Positions 55,039-64,000 of a DNA stretch of 64,000 bases are shown here, piece after piece; within the stretch, counting starts at the first letter, position 1; every line of letters starts with the position of its first letter. A model generated the notes under the pieces. The model did no database searches. It was given only the letters and a program-made list of their open reading frames with translations, and was not told the DNA's origin. The position numbers and the translations under genes were made by a program. The DNA comes from Octopus vulgaris (lineage: Eukaryota), in NCBI GenBank assembly GCA_951406725.2, contig OX597819.1, positions 50,468,001-50,532,000 on the forward strand. The letters run 5' to 3'.

Positions 55039-55210
55039 ATATATACGACGGGGTTCGTTCAGCTTCCGTCTACCAGATCCCACTTACAAGGCTTTGGTCG
55101 GCCCGAGGCTATAATAGAAGACACTTAGCCAAGATGCCATGCAGTGGGATTGAAATCAGAACCATCTGATTCGGAAGCAAACTTCTTATCACGCAACCAC
55201 GCCTCAGCCT
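54610..55210 (-). mobile_element. SINE family A with expanded internal (CA)n
   Basis: Both halves recognisable in reverse. Confidence 0.8.
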
Positions 55211-55897
55211 ATGCTGCGCGAACCTTGTTTTATCATTGACTTCTATGTTATAAACTGAAATGTGTTTCGGGGGAATTCCTCTCCCCACCCCACCTCACCT
55301 CCAAAATAAGCCGGTAATACAACAACCGCAATGCTTGAAAAGAATAAGTTTTAAACACACATAGAACTGCGTATCTTTATAATGCATTTGGGAATAAAGA
55401 AGGAAGTGGTGTCTTAGTAATGTATGTACTTACCATGTACGTTCTCACCATATTGTGATTCTTCATCGACGAAGAGCGGGAGTCATATTGAGGAAATGAA
55501 AGAAGTACAGAAGTACAGAAGCACAGAAATGCAGAATGAGGAAATGAGAGTGGGAGCTATATGATGTGGGTGGAAAAAGCGTAAGAATAAAGTTAGTGAC
55601 AAAATCCCGGTCAGTTGATTTGGCGCACTAATAAACAAGGCGGGTAGTAGAGGAGAGAGCGGGTAAGTGCTGGAAGAAATGTTGAAAGCAATGAAAGACA
55701 AGAAGGGTTCTAGGAGTTGGCAAAAATCCGAGCGCAATGAAACATGAAAAAATTGTAGGACAAAATAAATTTTAAAAAAGAAGGCAAGCAACACATATGT
55801 ACAGAGGATAGAGATAAAATAACACGAAAAGTGACAGAGTGAATAAAAGCCCCACACCAATTATTTCAAAACAAAACAAAATTGTTTTATATACATA

Positions 55898-56044
55898 GGC
55901 GCAGGAGTGGTTGTGTGGTAAGTAGATTGCTTACCAACCACATGGTTCCGGGTTCAGACCCACTTCGTGGCATCTTGGGCAAGTGTCTTCTACTATAGCA
56001 TCGGGTTGACCAAAGCCTTGAGTGGATTTGGTAGACGGAAACAG

Positions 56045-56115
<71 letters not shown>

Positions 56116-56166
56116 GAGTTTGTGTCTCTCCCGCACCATCGCTTGGTATGTTCACGTCCCCGTAAC

Positions 56167-56169
<3 letters not shown>
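55898..56169 (+). mobile_element. SINE family A, 3'-truncated
   Basis: ggcgcaggagtggttgtgtggtaag...gtagacggaaac. Confidence 0.85.
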
Positions 56170-56214
<45 letters not shown>

Positions 56215-56285
56215 GTAATAATAATAATAATAATAATATCGAAAAATACCTTAGCAATGAGAACCCAGGTTCGAAATTTCCCGAA

Positions 56286-56331
56286 GACACCTGATGAAGG
56301 CTGGAGGGTATATCAGCCGAAACGTTGTGTT
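56286..56331 (+). ncRNA. Minimal type I hammerhead in a short element (~56238-56380) following (TAA)n
   Basis: GACAC-CTGATGA-a-GGCTG-gagggtatat-CAGCC-GAAAC-GTT-GTGTT. Confidence 0.82.
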
Positions 56332-56762
56332 AACAACAAACAAGATGAGGACAAATATCTGTCAAATGTAACTAATGTATATATTAGGATTTTTGTTCGT
56401 AAAAATGTTGAAATTTATTCTAATTACCATGAGTGGTAATTAGTGTCTCACAGCTACTACTGCTACCACCACCATCACTTGTGGTGATAGTAGTAGTAGT
56501 AGTTGTAAAGGGTGGATAATGACAGAGAGTTTGCTAATGGTGATGGGATGTGGCCGATGATGCTGGGTATTGTGAGACAGGTGTTGGTGGAGTTTTCAGT
56601 TGTTTATGCTTATATTGACGTTAATGTCTGCCACTGGAGAAGATTGACAGGAAGTCGGAACGTAAAACCAATATATACAGCCATCTTGTCGGTATGCTTC
56701 TTTCAAGTTTTCTAGTCTGGTGTAAGTGGAGGGTGTATGTGTATATACATATATATATATAC

Positions 56763-56868
<106 letters not shown>

Positions 56869-57389
56869 CGTATGTATGGAGGTGATATGTTGGTAGGAAT
56901 GGAAGAAAGAAGAGGAGGAAGAAAAAGAAGTGGAAGAGAAGGAAGAGGAAGAGGTATGCAATAAGAGGAGAGAATGGTCCTTAGACAAATGCTGATGGTC
57001 GCATTTGATGTATGTCGGTGGTTGTCGAGAAGAAGAGCAGGAAGAGAAAGGAGAAAAGAAAGAGCAGGAGCAGGGACGGGGTAGAGAGTGGAAAAGGTGA
57101 AAGAGAAGGTGGAGGAGAAGGCCGAAGAGAAGGCGGAGGAGAGGAAGTGAGGAATAAGAAGAGTGGATGGTTCTGAGACAAAATGTTGGTTGGTGCTGTC
57201 GCGTCGGTGGAGGTGGTGTCCAGGAGGTGTGGAAAGAGAAGAATGAAGGAAAGGGTGGGAGAGGAAGGGGAGGAAGAGAAGGAGTAAGGAATAAAAAGAG
57301 AGGATGCTTCTTCGGTAAACAGTGCTTCGTCAAAAGCAATTTCACCATTTGCCATATTTTCTTTTCCTCCGTTGATTTATCGAAGTAGC

Positions 57390-57455
<66 letters not shown>

Positions 57456-57751
57456 TCAATATAGTTATTAATGTCCAGTAATGGTGCAGCTATATTTCAC
57501 CAATGACCATCGCTTCGGCTGCACAAGGGAATAATAAAACTAAGAAGTTCAATCTAAAGTGCCTGTCGTTCCAGAAATGCATGTAACTTGCAAGATCATA
57601 ATGGGTGCATGTCTAACGGTATTGCTATTTGGCCATAATGACAACGAAAGGTAAAAAAAAAATTATTATTAATGTCACTAAAATTATTTAAAGTGTTTGA
57701 AATTACAATATTAAATACAAAATATGCCAACTACTACTACTACTACTACTG

Positions 57752-57803
<52 letters not shown>

Positions 57804-57973
57804 TAATAATAATAATAATAGTAACAATGGCACTCTTCTTTTAATTTTGACTCTATATCTTCAGGAGGAGTTACCTCAATCATTTTTTGAACGAGTTGAA
57901 GACACACAAGATGTCGAAATATCGTTCACTAGATAACAATGGCTCTCTTCTTTTAATAATCATAATAGTAGTA

Positions 57974-58046
<73 letters not shown>

Positions 58047-58327
58047 TAATAATAATAATAATAATAATTATAATAATAATAATAATAATAACAATAATAA
58101 TAATAATAATAAATAATAAGTGGCTCTCATGGCTTCTGATCTTAACTGATTGGAAGTGTTATCATGTACATTGTTTTGTCTTGGTATAAAAGATGGGCTA
58201 CAGCAAATATTCTGCTCAATACCACAGATTTGCTTGTCAGTTGTTTGACTTTAACCAGTTGAGCATGTCCCTTAGTGGCTGACGATATGTGCATCTCTGA
58301 TCACGAGCAGAAGTAGTGGGGGAGCAT

Positions 58328-58372
<45 letters not shown>

Positions 58373-58380
58373 TAATAATA

Positions 58381-58597
58381 ATCCTTTCTACTTGTAGCAC
58401 AAGGCCTCAAATTTTGGGGAAAGGGATTAAGTCGATTATATTGACCCCAGTGTTTCACAAGGTACTTAATTTACCGACCTCGAAAGGATGAAAGGCAAAG
58501 CAAAGCTCGGCGGAATTTGAACTTAGAACGTAAAGACGAACGAAATGCTGCTAAGCATTTCGCCCGGTATGTTAGCGATTCTGCCAGCTCACCGCCT
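58381..58597 (-). mobile_element. SINE family B with an alternative tail, inside (TAA)n
   Basis: Reverse: ggcggtgagctggcagaatcgctaac...gcctttcatcctttcgaggtcg...ggccttgtgctacaagtagaaaggat(tat)n. Confidence 0.85.
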
Positions 58598-58973
<376 letters not shown>

Positions 58974-58974
<1 letters not shown>

Positions 58975-61900
58975 TTTTCTTTATTAGCCAGAAGAGCCGA
59001 CAAAAATAAGATAGGAGATGAAGGAGAAAGTGGAGTTACATAAAGTGTCGTGTCGTGTAAAAAGTCAATAGCAATGAAAAAGGCAAGCAACTCTGGGCTA
59101 CTCATGGAGACCCCACGAAAAACCCACAAGCATCACGACCACTAGGGCAACAGCCCTCTCCCCATTTTTCTCTCTCTCTCAGCTTTGGAAACTCAAAAGT
59201 ACATGCTCAAATTAGGCCCATTGACACGGGCCATCGTTGCCACAGTCACTCACCTTTAAATAAAATTGCTGGAAGTCAGCACTTCTTTCTCAACCCTCAC
59301 TTTCCTTTTCACATGGTACCTGAAAAAGTTGATGAGGGGTAGGCCAAACAGAAAAGTATTTGTCTTCAGCTTTTTCAGTCTAGACCACCACAGTCTTCGT
59401 GATGGAATCAGCCGACAAGCGGACTTGTCCTACACGGACAGCAGGTGTTCGACATAAACCCGTATATCACACATGCTCGGGCACTGGACGAGTGCGTGTA
59501 GAACGGTTTTATCGTTCTGCGCACATCTCGTGCAGGTCCGACTGACAGCACTTCCGTGCCTGTTGAGCTTATCTCGACCAGGCAGAGACCCGCTAGCACT
59601 GTCAAACCAGGGATTTCTGGAAGTTATCCATAGGCCCGAAAGTCCTCTGGAACAGACTGGCGAGTTGAAATTCATCGAAGCCTAGAGTCTCCCTAACAAC
59701 GTCGTCATTTCCTTTCACCACTAAAATTCCTTACAACGCCTGGCGACACTCAAGATGCCAGACGCCCAGCCTGTAAGATTGCAGCTCATTCTAAGAGACG
59801 AGCTGCGGGAAAGCAAGTCTGACAAACGGCGACGACATCTGCAGACCGTCGTCGAGGAAACGCTGGATGTTCATGTCTGCGCATCAATATCCACGGTATG
59901 CCCAGCCCACCGTTCATAGGGTGTTGACAGCAAATGGAGCGCCTGACATGCAGAGTCCGACCCTTCCATAAAAGGCGGAAAAGCAAATGCTTCAACTTAA
60001 CCAGGTACGAACTGGGGCAAGGCGACGTTGAGGCGGTAGTAAATGACTGAGGCGACGTATGTGTTCATCTTGACTTTTCAAGGATAGTTTCCTCCCGGCC
60101 CATTTCTGGGCGAGACTGGCTACCCTGCTCGTCACCTCGTTCCAGCTCTTTTCCAGTTGGAGGTTCGGTCCGAACCAGACCCCGAGCAATTTTACAGTCT
60201 GACCGTCCAACCTCCTACAATGCTGTCGGTCGGCATGGATCTGCCTCTCTGGGTGCCAAGCTGCAAGCTGACCGACTTTTCCGGATTAATCTTCGCTCCC
60301 GTTACTTTCTCGTATTCTTTCACGGTAGAGCTGACCAGGTCTATGTGCTTGTCGTCCGATACTATGACGGTGACATTGTCTGCGTATGCCGACACAACTC
60401 TCTCACATCCTAGTTCACGCGAGATGCCTTTCAACGACTCCAGTTTCCGAAGTAATGAATCCGACTCAGTACATACGGAAGGAATTGTGTACCCTTGACG
60501 GACCGAACACACGATGTTGAATGGTTCCGATAGGTGACAATTCACTCGGACTACCGAGATGTCACTATATATAGCAGCGATCCAACCGCGGAAAACCGGA
60601 CCGAAACAGGCCACGTGAGAACAGTCGCCACATATAGATGGTCAACACTATCAAAGGCTTTTAACTGATCTAAATTGATCAGAGCCCTACCCATGCTAGG
60701 TTAACTACCTTATCCACGATGTATCGCATAAGGTGGATGTTGTCATGGATGGACCTGTTTGGGTCGGTGCATGCTTGTGCGTTTCCTACCAGTTTCCTAC
60801 CGACTAGCGCCAACCTCTTCACTAGCAGTTTAGCCAAAATTTTCATGTCTGCATAAAGCAGTGTCATGGGCCTAAAATTATCTAATACCTCCCACTTGTT
60901 CGGATCCTTTCTCAGCATTTACACTGCTCCTCGGCTCACAGATTTAGGAATTCTCTCATTCTGTTGCCAGTTACAGTAAACAGCCACCAGTCTGAAGCCC
61001 CACCATTTCTACCATTCACGTCCAGGACTACCAGCTTACCTTCTGGGTCCAAGACGACTGACCTTGTTTTGAGATCCAGACCTTTCCAAATCAGTACTGC
61101 AGTATTCCCACCACCCATTCCCCGCCGACACAGAGATGAATAGATCTCGTAGTCATCGAAAATGGACATGAAAGTTCGCCCTTTGGTTAGTCTGGATTCA
61201 GTAATGCACATTACATCTATTCCTCGTGACCTGAGGTCGTTGAGTAGGTGACCTTGTTTCGAAGGGGACTCCAGGCCACACTCATTTATGCAACCAATTT
61301 TGAGTATGACCATTTGAGCGGCTGGTAAGGAGAGGACTACATACCACTAGCACTCTGGGGTGGGAGCGGGTAGGTGTCCTACTCGCAAAATTTTTCCCTA
61401 CGAGAGTTCCGGATCCCAGTAATGAACTCAATTGCATACAGCCAATCAATGTTCACCTTGACCTTGTATACAAACAACTACGAAGAGGCAGCCAATCGGA
61501 TAATGAAAACATAACATTTGTGAATGTGTTAAAAACAACAAATCTCTTGGTAAAACACACTCTGCCAAGTAAACTTAAGACGAAGAACGGTGTTGAAAGT
61601 CGACCGATGGTCCAGTTATGCTTGATTTTAGAAGGAGACAAGTAATTAGATAGATTTGCACCTATACCTATTATTGTTGGTGGTTTTGTAGGCGCTGTGG
61701 TGGTGGGTGTGGTCAGCGCCTCTGTTGTTGGCATTGTTGTCTCTCGTGTAGTTGTTGTTGATGTTTTTGCCGGAGCCCTCTCTGCTTTTATTTCTTGAGG
61801 TTTCTTCTCTAATTGGGTTGCTTTTGTTGTTCGGGTTGCTTCAATTGTTGTGGTTAGGTGGTGCTTGTATCAAGGGGTAGTGCCCTCCGTCTGTTTTAGT

Positions 61901-62589
61901 TGTGGGCAGAAAGCTTTCTGGTGGTTGTTCTGTCCGCATTGATAACATCTTGGCCTTTTGTCCTCAACTGTGACGTTCAGCATAGAACCATCAGGAAGGC
62001 TGAGTTGGTAAGTCATTTGTTCCCAAACGTCTTAGTTTATTTGAACCATTCTTTGCAATTCCTGGCCAATCTAGCTTTTTTTCCCATGTTTCTCGACTTC
62101 GATGATTCTGAGTTTATCTTCCAAGTCGAGGAGGACGGCTGCGACAATCCAGGAAGCGTTCATTTCTGGTGGTATCTCCAGTACTTTTATCTCGGCGACG
62201 CACCGTCCCAAATATGTTGGAACTAGGACAAGTTCACTGTTTCTCAGCTGGGCTATTCAGTGCTGCTTTACCGCTCGACAGATATGTTACGGCTTTCCAA
62301 ATGGGTTGCAACCATTTTTCAACTGCTTGCTTTGTTGCAGATTCTAAACGTCTATTTTTTAAAGATATAGTTTCGTGCACTATAGTACGTTTGTTTGTAT
62401 TGTCTATAATATCTGGAGATGTGTTTATCGAAACACATCTTTCGCTTTTACTTTTTAAAATGCTTCTGTAGTCTTTGAGAGATTCTGTAATCTTTGAGAC
62501 GGGTTGTCATGATGAGTATATTGAGCTTCGTATATTATTTGTACTCCAGTGTCACTTTCATGGCAAGCGCTACTCTGTCTCTCTCACTC
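58974..62589 (-). mobile_element. Decayed Tx1-type LINE (ORF1 plus internally deleted ORF2) flanked by (ATT)n
   Basis: ORF1 VPTYLGRCVAEIKVLEIPPEMNASWI and KRPRCYQCGQNNHQKAFC; ORF2 from 61313 KIGCINECGL..KQGHLLND; FRPMTLL, VRQG, SAYADN, CTRCAQNDKTVLHALVQC. The 3' end is gctaataaagaaaat then (ATT)n; the 5' flank is attattattaatatt. Confidence 0.88.
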
Positions 62590-63065
62590 AATATTAATAA
62601 TAATGTCTTCCAATTTTGTTTTGACACAAAAGCCAGCAATTTTGAGGACTGGGGGTTTGTCAATACCATCAATCCCAGTAATTGCTATATCTGTCTCATC
62701 TCTGCTTTGTCATAACAAGGCCTGTGATTGTATCCATACAAGACTGTGTCGGCTAGAGTTGGTGGCCTATCCCTTGCACGTATGGGTGACTACCAGCTTT
62801 CCACAAAAATAGACTTGCCTAGGCCTGCACATACACGAGCAAGTGCATGGTGAGCATTGACCGACAGAAGCACTACATGAACTGCTATATATTTTTTACA
62901 TATTCAGTTTTCGAATGCTTCAGCTACAGAAGTCGACCGTTTCCAGTTTTGGAATTAAAACTTGAAACGGAAGAGAGATTATGCAAATGTCAAGTCATTT
63001 AAACGAAAGAAACTGCAACGTAATAATACCTCAAAAAATAGGACTCTACGAAGATTGAAATTGTG

Positions 63066-63235
63066 GAGGCGTGTTGTCTAGTGGTCAGAGTATTGGACTC
63101 ATGATCATAAGATTGTGGGTTAAATTCCTGGCCCGGGTGATGAGTTGAGTTCTTGAGCAAAACACTCCATTTCACTTTGCTTCAGCTGTCAAAAATGAGT
63201 AATCCTGTACCAGACCGGCGTACCATCCAGGAGTT
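63066..63235 (+). mobile_element. SINE family C-related, diverged
   Basis: ggaggcgtgttgtctagtggtcagag...cttgagcaaaacact. Confidence 0.65.
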
Positions 63236-63329
63236 GAATATATTCAGCGTCAGTTGCAGCTAATTTTTGAAGCTGAGAAGATGTAAACCCTGTTTTACAT
63301 TTTTCTCTTTTCTTCTCTTTTTCTCTGCC

Positions 63330-63360
63330 CCCTGACAAAGGATCGAATCCGAAACGTTGG
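63330..63360 (+). ncRNA. Decayed minimal hammerhead (G8A without compensation)
   Basis: CTGACAA-a-GGAT-cga-ATCC-GAAAC-GTT. Confidence 0.5.
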
Positions 63361-63411
63361 ATATTCCAAATCTCACGGCAAGTTCACTGTACCCCTTTCA
63401 CTTTTTTCTAC

Positions 63412-63443
<32 letters not shown>

Positions 63444-63456
63444 GCATATATATAGT

Positions 63457-63752
63457 GAAGGTGCGTGGCTTAGTGGTTCGAGCATTCGGTTCACGATCGT
63501 AGAATCGTGAGTTTAATTCCCCGCGATGCATTGTGTCCTTGAGCAAGACATAATTTCACGTTGCTGGCAAAAGTGAGTAGTATTTCAAAGGGCCGGCCTT
63601 GTCCCCCTTTGTGCTACACTGAATATCCTTGAGAACTATGTTAAGGGTACCCATGTCTGTGAAGTGCTCAGCTTGTACGTTAATTTCACGAGCAAGCTGT
63701 TCCGTTGATGATATCAGCTGGAACCCACGTCCTCATAACCGGCGGCGTGCTC
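63457..63752 (+). mobile_element. SINE family C-related
   Basis: gaaggtgcgtggcttagtggttcgagcattcg...ccttgagcaagaca. Confidence 0.75.
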
Positions 63753-63780
63753 CTTATATATATATTTTATTTATATATAT

Positions 63781-63975
63781 ATAATCAGAAAATGGAGAAA
63801 ACCCCAGATCAACTAACAACACAATTGAACTACATCTAAAGCCTATTATTTGATTAAAAAAACATGTCATAACATTTATACATGTTTTTTTTATGTTTTG
63901 TATTAAATAATAGGTTTTAGATGTAGTCCAATTGTGTTGTTAGTTGATCTGAGGTTTTCTCCATTTTCTAATTAT
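63781..63975. repeat. ~70-bp imperfect inverted repeat after a TA-rich tract
   Basis: 63781-63851 versus 63905-63975. Confidence 0.85.
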
Positions 63976-64000
63976 TTATATTTGATTCATGGTAAACTTT

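Noticed and set aside
56880-57330. Purine-rich region with three loose repeats and a 250-aa minus ORF
   Set aside because: Low complexity; no domain or consistent period.
58118-58330. ~210-bp complex segment between (TAA)n tracts
   Set aside because: Probably a retroelement 3' fragment, but it has no second copy or motif in the window to support a call.

Overview
AT-rich, microsatellite-saturated animal genomic DNA with no recognisable host protein-coding exon. The SINE families suggest an octopod cephalopod (inference from recognition, not tested). Almost all long ORFs in the track are microsatellite artefacts. The real content is mobile DNA: (i) a near full-length Tx1/L1-clade LINE inside a (TATC)n array, a related deleted copy inside (ATT)n, and a third copy that lacks EN and RT; (ii) fragments of restriction-like-endonuclease (R4/Dong-type) LINEs in (TACA)n and (TAG)n; (iii) two Penelope-like GIY-YIG remnants; (iv) three SINE families; (v) many type I hammerhead ribozyme (HHR) motifs. 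The highlight is a young 495-bp non-coding unit at 36.6-38.1 kb. It carries a complete HHR with an extended stem II, is arranged as a tandem array with an inverted 5' segment, and sits in (TA)n: a retrozyme-like element predicted to release 495-nt monomer/circular RNAs. Other notable points are a U3-A8 core-variant HHR, a fold-back HHR, a GIY-YIG motif split by an 885-nt low-complexity insert, and apparent partitioning of microsatellite types among retroelement families. All alignments and foldings were done by eye.
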